Source of the DNA: Schizochytrium sp. TIO01 | Taxonomy: Eukaryota; Protista; Bigyra: Labyrinthulomycetes | DNA: 64,000 bases | Assembly (NCBI GenBank): GCA_004764695.1 | Contig: SMSO01000034.1 | Location: 2,542,001 to 2,606,000, forward strand | Direction of reading: 5' to 3' | Shown here: positions 1 to 9,729 of the stretch, piece by piece | Position numbering within the stretch: position 1 is the stretch's first letter | How the letters are laid out: each line of letters begins with the position of its first letter | Notes under the pieces: model-generated | Told to the model about the DNA's origin: nothing | Database searches by the model: none | What the model saw: the letters and a program-made list of their open reading frames with translations, nothing else | Position numbers and translations under genes: made by a program

Positions 1-136
1 AGATACGGTTCCGATGTCTTTCTTGATTTTTTAATCTTTATTAAGGAGCAAACATCGGAGTGTCTGATTGATAGCAAACGAATGACTGACTGATTGATTT
101 GGATTCTCTCCACGGCAATCGATAATACACTCGCAG

Positions 137-1164
137 CCTTTCTTCCAACGAAATTGGGGATGTAGGTGCCAAGGCCTTCGCAGAGGCGATGGAGGGATAC
201 AAGAACCTGAAAACACTTAGGTACGTTTTTGCACTCCAAAAGCATATATGATTAAACTGGGTCTGATTGATTGACTGGTCTCTGTTTTTTAATGTCAACG
301 AATATACATTCACAGTCTTTTTTCTAACAGCATCGGTAGTGAGGGACTTGGGGCCCTCGTTAGAGGACTAGCAGGATGCGAGAGCCTAGAAGATTTGGAG
401 TACGTTTTTTGAATTCGATTCCTTGTTAATTTCTTTATCAAGTGTTCAGTCTTTGCTATATGCGATCGGAATATTGAAGGTGCAATTCTGAGCATCAAAG
501 ATTCAGATGAAGACTTCTTTTAAACAAACGGGGATTAATACAAGACTTGCTGTGCTGACTAACCTGATGTTATTTTTTTAAATCGGCAACGACTAATATA
601 TTCACAGTCTTTCTTCAAACCATATTGACGAAGAGGGTGCCAAGGCTCTCGCGAAAAGACTAGTAGCATGCAAGAACCTGAAAACAATGTAGTACGTTTT
701 TTTGAATTCGCAGAGAAACATGTTTCCTGTGTTTTTATTTTTTTTGTTAATAGAAGAATAAATACCGTGACTGTGTTTATTTATTTATTTAACAACTGAC
801 GGACTGACTGACTGCTGATCGACCGACTGATTTGATTTTCTCAACGACAACGAATGATACATTCACAGCCTTTCACGTCTCAATATGGGCGATGAATCCG
901 TAAAGGAGCTCTCAAAGGGACTGAAGTACTGCAATAACCTAACTGAGTTAAGGTACGTTTTGAAATTCAACATGCAATTAGTTCTTACTTGCTTCTATTT
1001 TGAAAATTTCAAAAAATGATCAAAGAGTGAGTGTCTGACGAACTAGAGTTTCTGAATGTCAACAAACGATATATTGACAGTCTTCACAGTAACAACATTG
1101 GAGATGAGGGCGCAAAATGGCTCGCAAAGGGACTCGCAGAATGTGGGAAACTGGAAAGTTTGAA
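137..1164 (+). CDS. Host LRR gene, five RI/NLRC3-type LRR exons (137-220, 316-399, 608-691, 869-952, 1081-1164); gene starts upstream of the window
   Basis: Five 84-bp exons, each bounded by a CAG acceptor and a GTACGTTT donor, all phase 2. Each encodes one 28-aa repeat, e.g. LSSNEIGDVGAKAFAEAMEGYKNLKTL and LHSNNIGDEGAKWLAKGLAECGKLESL. Confidence 0.9.
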
Positions 1165-1211
1165 GTACGTTTTTTTTACTCTACAGGGATGTGCCGTGAC
1201 AGTTCTTGGTT
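1121..1211 (+). repeat. 91-bp direct repeat, left copy (3' part of LRR exon plus 5' end of intron)
   Basis: Identical by eye to 15692-15782 (CTCGCAAAGGGACTCGCAGAATG...GTGACAGTTCTTGGTT). Identity stops exactly where the recombinase-coding sequence begins. Confidence 0.92.
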
Positions 1212-2851
1212 GCAGAGCAACTGACTTTCGGTACGCGACAATTGGTGATCTAACAAATGTCATCATGCCCTCATCCGACCGCGAGACACAAGATGTTTAC
1301 TTGGCGATCACTCTGAAGTACAACAAGGGCCAGATCCAAGACCGCTGGACAGGCGGCGCGAATTTTGTCTACCCTGACATGAATGACCGGTCACGATGCC
1401 CCTTTACTGCCATAGCTGAAGCGCTTACTATTATCCCCCCTGATGCCGAGCTTACCAAAGACTCAGAATTCATTTCGCTGCTTTGGTCGGCTGTTCAAGG
1501 CAAAATGGTGCGTTTGTATGGCAATGAAGGAACCGGCAAACATGGCGATCAATTGAACAAATTGTTTCGCCAAGCAATGGATCAGTTACCTTCCATCAAA
1601 CGACAACGTCTCACCCTTTACTCTATCCGCAAAATGTTTGCAACCACCATGGGCTCCAGGGCCCTTTATGCACAAATGCAGATCTTCGTAGATGCCCGGT
1701 CTGGTCATGCGGATGCGCGCAAGGTTGCCACACATAGCCAAGCTGCGACACACTACACTGGGATAGATGATAACTCCAACAAGTATGTGGGGCGCCTGGC
1801 TGCAAACCGCCACCGTTATGCGCCCCCGGGGGACCCTTGCGCCCAGTTCTTGATAGACAATGCCCGCGAAGAACTGACTGAAATCGTGTGGGATCATTAT
1901 CCAGGCAACCTCATCGAGTTTATGGGCATCGAGCGCCTCCTCCCATTCGCTGCCTACCTGTGTCTCTCCAGACGCGTTGATACTTACTCCATTGATGCAA
2001 AGTGGCCAGCACTACAGAGCAACGACCTTGCATTCCACCCAATGCCTGACTTTACTCTACCTTACATGGAAGCTCTCTGCCTTGGGCATGTGAAACCCTT
2101 GCAGTACAGTTACCGAAAGAAAGCCATCGAGAATACTCTCAAAGTGATCGTTGTGCAACAAAAGACACTTCTCTCAATGGACCAAGACTTCTCGTTCCAG
2201 AGCATGAGCACCCCACACAAGGAGACCGCTTCTTATAGTGACCGCCACAGCTCCGCTTTCCAGAACCGCACTCCTTTCCAAAAAGAAACCGGTCAGCGGG
2301 ATCACAAGAAACGAAGACCCTGTGCCACACTCAATGAACTCACCACGAGCACCTCTAAATTGAGACTCGGGCATGCGGAAGTCAATGGCCCCGATGACCA
2401 AAGCAAGAACGTAGAATGTCTTCTTTCTGATGACGAAGAGAGGACTTCGGAGATCGACGAGCCCGTCCCAACAATGTCTGAGTGGGCACAGAAAGTGTTT
2501 AACCCACTCCACAAAAGCCACGCCACTGCAGAGAAAGAGGCTGAGTACATTGCCAAGGCGCTTAATGTGTTCACATTTAACAAGCAGGATACGTTTACAG
2601 AAAAACTACAACAGATTGTCGAGCTCTGGAAGAACGCACCGGGATCCTACCCGCGCTGGTTACCCATGAGCAGATGGGAATCAGTGCCCAGCAAATACAA
2701 GAAGCTGAAGAAAAGGCACAAAGAATACCAAAAGGGTGCCATCTTTATTATTGAAGAGCATCAAGAGGACTTTCAGCAAGCCGTGCAAGCACTTACAGAG
2801 ATGGGCATCACCACAACGAACGATCTAAGAGATAGGGCATTAACTAAATAA
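1212..2851 (+). CDS. Tyrosine recombinase (Crypton-like), N-terminally truncated at the insertion junction
   Basis: Catalytic motifs in order: LGCRATDF (Arg I), TLYSIRKMFAT (H/Y-x-x-R), ARSGHA, THYTG (Tyr). The C-terminal QQIVELWKNAPG...KEYQKGAIFII loosely resembles GCR1_C. The listed ORF start at 1031 is read-through of host intron/exon. Confidence 0.75.
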
Positions 2852-3128
2852 GATATATGAATAGCGCCCAGGGCAACCCGGAAGCAAAATAGTTATTTTA
2901 GGAACTTAGTCTACGAACCGTGCGATGTCCCACATCGTGGACGATCTAGTTTATTTCATATCAAAGATGCTTGGTGACGAAGGTGAGTGGTACGATGAAT
3001 TGGAATGGATAGAGATCAAGAAGGAATGTTTGGAAGAGATTCGGGAGAAAGTTACCACGATAGAGTAAAAAGAGCCTTAACCCTAGCCCTAACGCTGGAT
3101 AGATATCATTAGAAAATAAATCCAAACC

Positions 3129-3169
3129 CATAATGGCACTCACCAATCCCCCAGACGCGGGCAACAAGC
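3129..3169 (+). repeat. 41-bp inverted repeat, left arm
   Basis: CATAATGGCACTCACCAATCCCCCAGACGCGGGCAACAAGC matches the reverse complement of 5384-5424 with 4 mismatches. Confidence 0.85.
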
Positions 3170-3211
3170 ATGCAGCGTGGATGGTGGGCGCAGGCACTGG
3201 ACCAAACATTC

Positions 3212-5374
3212 TTAAAATGTTCTCTTCAAAAACTTCCGTATTCTAGTCTTTTCGCGTTCATCCTCTCTCTGATCCATTAATTGAAAGTATTTGGTGAGAA
3301 CATTTAGCCCGCTTTCCATCGTATCCTGATAGAGTGCGATCGTCTTGCGTTGGCTTTCTTCCGCCTTAACTTCGCTTTCTCGCAACATTATCTTTATCTC
3401 CGCTTCGTAACGATCAAGCTTTAGGACCTTCTTGCGCCTCTTTAGCTTGCGATCAAAATCCTTTTGATCGTCATCCTCGCTGGAGGAGTCGCTCTCATCA
3501 GAAGAATCATCAGCAGCATTGTTGTTGGGCGTATTGGCCGTGTTGGCAGCATTCTCATTCACCACCATCACCGAGTCGTTTTCATCATCAGAAGCATCGT
3601 TATCTTGATGCACTAAACTCACAGCAGTCATTATTAGCTCATCATTATCATTCTTGTTGTTACCGGTGGTTGCAGCGGCCACTTGGTTGTCCTCCTCAGT
3701 GGCAGCCTTGCTGCTGCTGCTGCTGCTGCTGGTTGCAGCAGTCATTACTTGCTCATCATTAGCATTCTTGTTGTTACTGGTGGTTGCAGCGGCCACTTGG
3801 TTGTCTTCCTCAGTGGCAGCCTTGCTGCTGCTGCTGCTGCTGCTGGTTGCAGCAGTCATTACTTGCTCATCATTGGCATTCTTGTTGTTACTGGTGGTTG
3901 CAGCGGCCACTTGGTTGTCTTCCTCAGTGGCAGCCTTGCTGCTGCTGCTGCTGCTGGTTGCAGCAGTCATTACTTGCTCATCATTAGCATTCTTGTTGTT
4001 ACTGGTGGTTGCAGCGGCCACTTGGTTGTCCTCCTCAGTGGCAGCCTTGCTGCTGCTGCTGCTGCTGGTTGCAGCAGTCATTACTTGCTCATCATCAGCA
4101 TTCTTGTTGTTACTGGTGGTTGCAGCGGCCACTTGGTTGTCCTCCTCGGTGATAGCCTCAGACTCGAAACCGCCGTCGTCCTGGCTCGATTGGCGATCAT
4201 CCACATGGTCTTCACCAGACTCGAGACCGCTGTCGTCCTGGCTCGATTGGTGTCCGTCCATGTGGTCTTTACAAAACCTACTTTCCAACACACACATTTT
4301 TGGACACCCATTGATGCAACATGGTTGATGGTATATGCAGCGTACCAAGCGACTAATCGGTGTCATACAGTTTCCTATTATGCAACGTTTCCCACCTCCA
4401 TGATCCCAACACATATATTTCCGGTGTCCAGTACCTAGAGCTAGTCTAATACAATCTTTGGTAGCACATTTGACCCATCCGCCATGATCGATGCATTTGT
4501 TGTTCATCTTTCCATCATATCCAGGTAGCTTCTCACAGCCTTCTACTATGCAACGCTTCACACCGCGACCACGATAATGAGACAAACAGAGGCCATATTT
4601 ATGCACTGTGTTTTTGCACCGAAGTCTTTTACAGCACTCACCTCCGCCATGCTCCGTACAGAGACCGCCAATAAGGGCGGGTGATCTACAGCCTCCTCTT
4701 GCACAAGGCTCACCTCCGCCATGTCTCAGACAGCGGTCACGATGTAGCGCGGGTAATTCACAGCCTTCTATCATACAGTCCATGGCATCACAATGATACT
4801 GACAGAGGCCATTTTTAACCACCGGGTCATAGCAATAAAGTCTGACACAGCGCGCGCCTCTGTAATGCTTCTCACAGCGACCACTATAATGTGCGGGTGC
4901 TCTACAGCCTGTTGACTGACAGATCACGGTTTTATAATGATACTGACAGCGACCACCATCATGTACTGGTAATTCACAGCATTCTACCACGCAGACCACG
5001 GCTCCACAATGATACCGACAGAGGTTATTTTCATGCACTGGTTCAATGCACCGATCTTGTTTACAGCATCTGTCTCCGCCATGGTGCGTACAGTAACCAC
5101 GAGATAGTGCGTATAATGTACAATCTTTCTCTTCACAGCGCTTGACTCCACAATGGTACCGACAGAGGCCAGCTCTAAGCAATAAGTAATTGCAATCACC
5201 TCTTCCACAGCGCTTGCCTCCGCCATGCTTCACGCAGCGATCAAAAGTAAGGGCACTTTCACTACAGCCTTTCTCTTTGCAACGCGCGCCATCCCCCGTG
5301 ACGCCTGCACCAGTCTTTAATTCTCCATTTACCTGTGGCCCGTGAAGTGCAACCATCCTCGTGGCATCGGTCAT
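3212..5374 (-). CDS. Cys/His-rich repeat protein (C-x3-GC...C-x2-HGG repeats, WRKY19-like zinc-finger repeats) with low-complexity repeat tract and basic/coiled C-terminus
   Basis: 720-aa ORF with more than 10 CxxxxCxxxxxxxGxCxxH units, followed by TEEDNQVAAATTSNNKNANDEQVMTAATSSSSSSKAA repeats. Confidence 0.8.
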   Translation of the reverse strand: MTDATRMVALHGPQVNGELKTGAGVTGDGARCKEKGCSESALTFDRCVKHGGGKRCGRGDCNYLLLRAGLCRYHCGVKRCEEKDCTLYALSRGYCTHHGGDRCCKQDRCIEPVHENNLCRYHCGAVVCVVECCELPVHDGGRCQYHYKTVICQSTGCRAPAHYSGRCEKHYRGARCVRLYCYDPVVKNGLCQYHCDAMDCMIEGCELPALHRDRCLRHGGGEPCARGGCRSPALIGGLCTEHGGGECCKRLRCKNTVHKYGLCLSHYRGRGVKRCIVEGCEKLPGYDGKMNNKCIDHGGWVKCATKDCIRLALGTGHRKYMCWDHGGGKRCIIGNCMTPISRLVRCIYHQPCCINGCPKMCVLESRFCKDHMDGHQSSQDDSGLESGEDHVDDRQSSQDDGGFESEAITEEDNQVAAATTSNNKNADDEQVMTAATSSSSSSKAATEEDNQVAAATTSNNKNANDEQVMTAATSSSSSSKAATEEDNQVAAATTSNNKNANDEQVMTAATSSSSSSSKAATEEDNQVAAATTSNNKNANDEQVMTAATSSSSSSSKAATEEDNQVAAATTGNNKNDNDELIMTAVSLVHQDNDASDDENDSVMVVNENAANTANTPNNNAADDSSDESDSSSEDDDQKDFDRKLKRRKKVLKLDRYEAEIKIMLRESEVKAEESQRKTIALYQDTMESGLNVLTKYFQLMDQREDEREKTRIRKFLKRTF
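3622..4150. repeat. Coding tandem repeat, about 4.7 copies of a 111-114-bp unit with a variable CTG tract
   Basis: Near-identical units seen directly; they differ in poly-Ser length. Confidence 0.9.
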
Positions 5375-5383
5375 CGCGCCTGC

Positions 5384-5424
5384 GCTTGTTGCCAGCGCCT
5401 GGGGGATTGGTGAGTGCAGTTATG
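5384..5424 (-). repeat. 41-bp inverted repeat, right arm
   Basis: Reverse complement of 3129-3169; lies 10 bp upstream of the ATG at 5374. Confidence 0.85.
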
Positions 5425-5750
5425 ATAATGATTGATTCGGGATAGCCTAACCCTAACCCTCCTACCCTCTTAGATTTTAAACTACAAAATTTGCAGCAGC
5501 AACACCAAGGCTATCGCTGAGGAGGACAACCAAGCGGCCGATCACCGATCCCCGTGGACCCGAACATCAACCCCCTGGATCAAGACCACATGGGTCCGTT
5601 GATTGACTATTTCATGTTGCACTTGCCCAGATACAATGACGATTTCCACTATTTATGAAAAGTTATATACATTTTTGAATATTAAATATAAAAATATATG
5701 GCCAATTTGTTTATTAAAATAAATATAAGTGTTTTATTTTAATTAAGACA

Positions 5751-7454
5751 ATGAAGTTGGTATTCTGGACCACAGCAGCGGCCATATCCGTTATTAACTT
5801 CACACGATTCGCCAGAGCACAGACAACTCCGGCACCCACCGCTGCGCCCACAACTAGCCCGACATCTTATCAGAACTATTACCTTGCCGATAACTACGGT
5901 GCCGCCAAGTCACCACCACAATGCGGGTTTGATAACACCCCAATCCCGCAATGGCGTGGAACTGAAGTCCCCGCGACTTACCAGGACTATGTTTTCAATG
6001 GCCGAACATGCGAAGCCAGTGAATTGGCGGCTTACGAAAACATGACCTTTTCAGTCTACCCAGAATGTGCCATTCAATTCATCAACTATGAAGGATTGCC
6101 CCTCACTGCTACCGGCGATGCTTCCTATTTTAACATGATGAATGGTTGTTCTTCGGGATGGGCAGCTTTACCCAATGAAAGGACTGAACTGGTAGCCGAT
6201 GACTACACATCGTGGTGGGACTGTATGCATAGAAGTATTGAAATGTCAGTCTCCGGAGAGATGCACGTCGGGTCATTTCATTTGCAACTCTACAATGGTT
6301 ACTATAAATGCCGCATGTCAGCGTGCCACGGACCAGGGATCAGTGACGGCGTGGGAGAACTACCCACGTTCGCTGTAAGTCCTAAAAGCAAAAATCGCTT
6401 TGCGTGGTTCAAGAACATGACTGCCTGTGTAGAAGCGGTCCAGTTTGTGATGTCGGGGCAAACTCACGCCCCGACGCCGGAGCCCACCGTGGCTACAGCG
6501 GAGCCCACCACCCCGCCCGCACCAACTCCCGCGCCCACATCCGACCCTGCGCGTCTCGTGACCAAAAAGGTGGGCGCCAAGGTCAAGACAAAGAAGCGCC
6601 AAAACACCATTGATGCGCTCAATACCACTCTGGCATCGCTCAGTAATGAAACCGAGGTGACAGACTACCAGATCATCCTCAACTACACGGAGGCGATTGT
6701 GCTCAACAAGGTCATCAGTACGCGTTCAGCGACAAATCTGGACGACTCAGAGATGGAAGCTCTCATTAAGAGCTACCGTCTGGGTGCGGCGGCTGGGAGT
6801 GCACTGACTGCCAAGGTAACGGCTCTAAGTACTTGGTACAATGGTACTAGTGGGATCCCGGAAGAGCACTTCTATAGTAATGAAGACGACTATGCGAATG
6901 CGACCGCCGCGCCCACCGCAAGCCCGATTGACCAATCTTTTCGGCGTGCGTTAGCTGATGACAGTGATACAGTGACGTTTCGCATTGAGTTCACTGTGAC
7001 AGCAGATGCCTTTGCGGAGATCGCAAGCAGTGAAGATGAACTCATGGCAGGGCTTTCAGAATTGTTAGGTTACAATGTAACTATTGATGCGTTTAATGAA
7101 ACTGAAGTGGATGTGGATATTTTATTTCCCGCTAATGCAACAGCAGATGAAATCGAAGAGGTCAGTTCAGAGTTGGATTCGATTCTGGCGCAAATTCGCG
7201 CCGCACTTTCGCTCGAGGACGATGAGGTGGAGAGCACTGACGTGGAACTCTGCTTGAACCGAGACTGCTCAGATCGAGGCACCTGCAACGAGTCCACGGG
7301 CAACTGTGACTGCGACGACAACTGGTTGGGGGCCAACTGTGAGCGCGAGTGTGTCTGTAACAACGATGGTTGGTGTGCTAACAAGTGGTGTCGGTGTAAG
7401 TTTCCTTACTTTGGCGAGACATGCGACGAGTTGATTGATTGTGGCACTTGCTAA
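5751..7454 (+). CDS. Secreted protein with PT-rich linkers and C-terminal EGF-like repeats
   Basis: Signal peptide, APT/EPT repeats, and CSDRGTCNESTGNCDCDDNWLGANC and CNNDGWC...CRCKFPYFGETC EGF motifs. Confidence 0.8.
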   Translation: MKLVFWTTAAAISVINFTRFARAQTTPAPTAAPTTSPTSYQNYYLADNYGAAKSPPQCGFDNTPIPQWRGTEVPATYQDYVFNGRTCEASELAAYENMTFSVYPECAIQFINYEGLPLTATGDASYFNMMNGCSSGWAALPNERTELVADDYTSWWDCMHRSIEMSVSGEMHVGSFHLQLYNGYYKCRMSACHGPGISDGVGELPTFAVSPKSKNRFAWFKNMTACVEAVQFVMSGQTHAPTPEPTVATAEPTTPPAPTPAPTSDPARLVTKKVGAKVKTKKRQNTIDALNTTLASLSNETEVTDYQIILNYTEAIVLNKVISTRSATNLDDSEMEALIKSYRLGAAAGSALTAKVTALSTWYNGTSGIPEEHFYSNEDDYANATAAPTASPIDQSFRRALADDSDTVTFRIEFTVTADAFAEIASSEDELMAGLSELLGYNVTIDAFNETEVDVDILFPANATADEIEEVSSELDSILAQIRAALSLEDDEVESTDVELCLNRDCSDRGTCNESTGNCDCDDNWLGANCERECVCNNDGWCANKWCRCKFPYFGETCDELIDCGTC

Positions 7455-7529
7455 AAAAAAATAAAACTATATTTTATTTTTATTTTATTTTTATTATTTA
7501 AAAAAAGGGTAAGAACATTTTTATTTAAA

Positions 7530-8363
7530 ATGCAGACCATCCTCGTACTCTCGTTCTTTTCTTTTCTTATCTCTAGCACAGGGACAACGACAAGTTTGGA
7601 TTCCTTTTATTTTAATTACCCAGATCATCTAATTCCCGATTTAAAAAAAATAATTAGGTACGCAGATGAAGACCGGTTTGATGTTGTGGCATATCCTGCG
7701 CATGCCTTCGTTGAAGAGGTGAACACCACGAGTCGGTATGACATGCTCATGCGCTACAGATTCACCAATGAGTACTTTGGGTTTGTGTTTGACAATGACA
7801 ACATTCTTCGGTATTTGTTACTAAGAAAGTCCACTTCAACTACAGATAGCTTTGCTGGCTACATTGGTGAGATGGTACAGAATAGTACAGGTGGCTGGAC
7901 CTATTGGGAAAAAATCCCCATGGTGAGAAGTGATTTCTTGGCCAATCGCTTTCTTGGCGACAGCGCAACCTATGCATCCCCTGTTCTCTCCTATATGGAG
8001 CGCTTCAGCCCGACACGCCACTGCATGCTCCAAGGCAGTGGCGCAACAGGCGCGCTTTGTAGCCAGATCCCGCGTTGCTATGGCTATGTTGTTGACTCTT
8101 CGGCCATTGCAGAAAATTGCATTCTCAATTACCTGGCGCGGGAAATCACCTATAACACAACTGAGCCGAAAGACTCTTCAAGTACCTTTTACTATGTCCG
8201 CAAGAACGCACAAAAGGACATTCTTGATGTCGCTGAGACTTACCGCGCCGAAGTCGTGGCACTTGCGGCAATGCTTTATAATGTCCAGCTCATCTTCTAT
8301 TCCATGCACATTGGTACCTCGATTAAAAGAGTTTTTATACATCTATATCATAAAATTAATTAA
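7530..8363 (+). CDS. Hypothetical secreted/membrane protein
   Basis: 277-aa ORF with a signal-like N-terminus and hydrophobic C-terminus; co-oriented with its neighbours across AT-rich spacers. Confidence 0.65.
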   Translation: MQTILVLSFFSFLISSTGTTTSLDSFYFNYPDHLIPDLKKIIRYADEDRFDVVAYPAHAFVEEVNTTSRYDMLMRYRFTNEYFGFVFDNDNILRYLLLRKSTSTTDSFAGYIGEMVQNSTGGWTYWEKIPMVRSDFLANRFLGDSATYASPVLSYMERFSPTRHCMLQGSGATGALCSQIPRCYGYVVDSSAIAENCILNYLAREITYNTTEPKDSSSTFYYVRKNAQKDILDVAETYRAEVVALAAMLYNVQLIFYSMHIGTSIKRVFIHLYHKIN

Positions 8364-8387
8364 TCAATAGTATTTACTTTTAAAACA

Positions 8388-8687
8388 ATGTATGACCTTA
8401 GCTATGAGCAAATTATTGTGCTGGCACTTGGGGTGGGCTGTGTGTGCCTCCTGATCCTCTGTGTGCGGCAACTTATCTGGCTCTGCTATTGCCTAACGCT
8501 ACCGTGCCGAGCATGCAACACTTCGTATCAGATGTCAGTAGGTTATCGGGTCTATCCACAGACAGAGCCCGAAGACGCAGCGAGTCCTGATGACCCACAA
8601 GAAAAGGGCGAAGTCTATCAGCGCGCCTACCCTGTGTCGCCCCAATTGACCTCAAAGGTAAAAGAAAACACCTACTACATATTGTGA
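8388..8687 (+). CDS. Small single-pass membrane protein, Cys-rich
   Basis: 99 aa, N-terminal TM segment followed by a Cys cluster; fits the gene packing. Confidence 0.55.
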   Translation: MYDLSYEQIIVLALGVGCVCLLILCVRQLIWLCYCLTLPCRACNTSYQMSVGYRVYPQTEPEDAASPDDPQEKGEVYQRAYPVSPQLTSKVKENTYYIL

Positions 8688-8709
8688 AATTAATTAATAA
8701 ATATTATCC

Positions 8710-9651
8710 CTATTTTCGAATCGTTGATAAAACAAACCAGTGAACTACTTGGACCACCACGAGCACGACGAAGAGGGCCACGAGGCAGCCAAGGAACAGG
8801 GGCAGGATGGGCACAATCGTGGCGCCCCCAATGACCATCGAGATCCCAATCATGGGCGTGACATAGAGTGCGAGAGTTACAAGAAAGGAGTCATTCATGT
8901 CCTTGCCCAGGACCGGGCGCAGCATTGTGAAAACAAACGTCCCGATCAAGTGCATCACCACGGCGCCAATGACAAAGGCTGGCAGGGAGCCAATCATGGG
9001 GGCATTGGCGTCCAGATTCCCGAAGCACATGACCTGGCCATCCGAAACTGTGACGCACGTCCTCCCAGAATTAGTACAGTTGACATCAATCAGGTTTTCA
9101 TAAAAACTAGTACGCACATCTTTCAAGTAGTAATATGCATGGTTGTAGGCAAATGCTTCGGGTGATTCTACGGTTTTCATTTGACCCAGATCAACTTTAC
9201 CTACCCCCAGCGGGTTGAAATATTTGGTTGTTACTTGCGTACGCACACCAGTATCAGATTCAGACGCATCCACGAGGACTGTGGTGCCCCAGTTATTCAC
9301 AAGCCGCACAGCACCTGAGCATGTGATCACATTGTGTTGTTCTGTGTCACGATTGTAGATAATCCCGCAATAATGTGTGTCGCACATAGCAAAACTCTCC
9401 CCATACAAGTAGTTGCGGTCCTCTTGATTCAACATGGATGTGCATTGGAGAACCAATGGCGTGACGCTGGTGGTTACCACTTCTGTTTCATTTGTAGAGG
9501 TTCGCACCGTGGTGTTTGTCACATCCGTCACATTGGCGATTGATAAGGTGCAATCACCAAAGGAGTTTTTAGTTTGCATAGGGAGGTCTGATCGTGCAAA
9601 AAGGGAAGAAGACATTTTGGCCTGGGTTGGCCTACCTTGAATGAAAATCAT
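8710..9651 (-). CDS. Hypothetical membrane protein with three C-terminal TM helices
   Basis: 313-aa ORF with a Cys-containing ectodomain and a hydrophobic C-terminal quarter. Confidence 0.65.
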   Translation of the reverse strand: MIFIQGRPTQAKMSSSLFARSDLPMQTKNSFGDCTLSIANVTDVTNTTVRTSTNETEVVTTSVTPLVLQCTSMLNQEDRNYLYGESFAMCDTHYCGIIYNRDTEQHNVITCSGAVRLVNNWGTTVLVDASESDTGVRTQVTTKYFNPLGVGKVDLGQMKTVESPEAFAYNHAYYYLKDVRTSFYENLIDVNCTNSGRTCVTVSDGQVMCFGNLDANAPMIGSLPAFVIGAVVMHLIGTFVFTMLRPVLGKDMNDSFLVTLALYVTPMIGISMVIGGATIVPILPLFLGCLVALFVVLVVVQVVHWFVLSTIRK

Positions 9652-9729
9652 ATATTGGAGCTACCAATGAGGTTTTATCAAGTCACCGCCCTCCCCCTTC
9701 CCCCGTCTCGCCGGGCCTGATACAACGCC

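Noticed and set aside
60-1200. CRISPR-like repeat/spacer periodicity
   Set aside because: Explained by splice-site motifs and LRR exons; no identical repeats and no cas genes.
1031-1211. N-terminus of the 606-aa ORF as a genuine recombinase start
   Set aside because: It is a GTG within a host intron followed by LRR exon 5 and intron sequence that is duplicated at 15692-15782.
3654-4438. Hydrophobic plus-strand ORFs (224 and 251 aa)
   Set aside because: Antisense shadows of the tandem repeat in the 720-aa gene.
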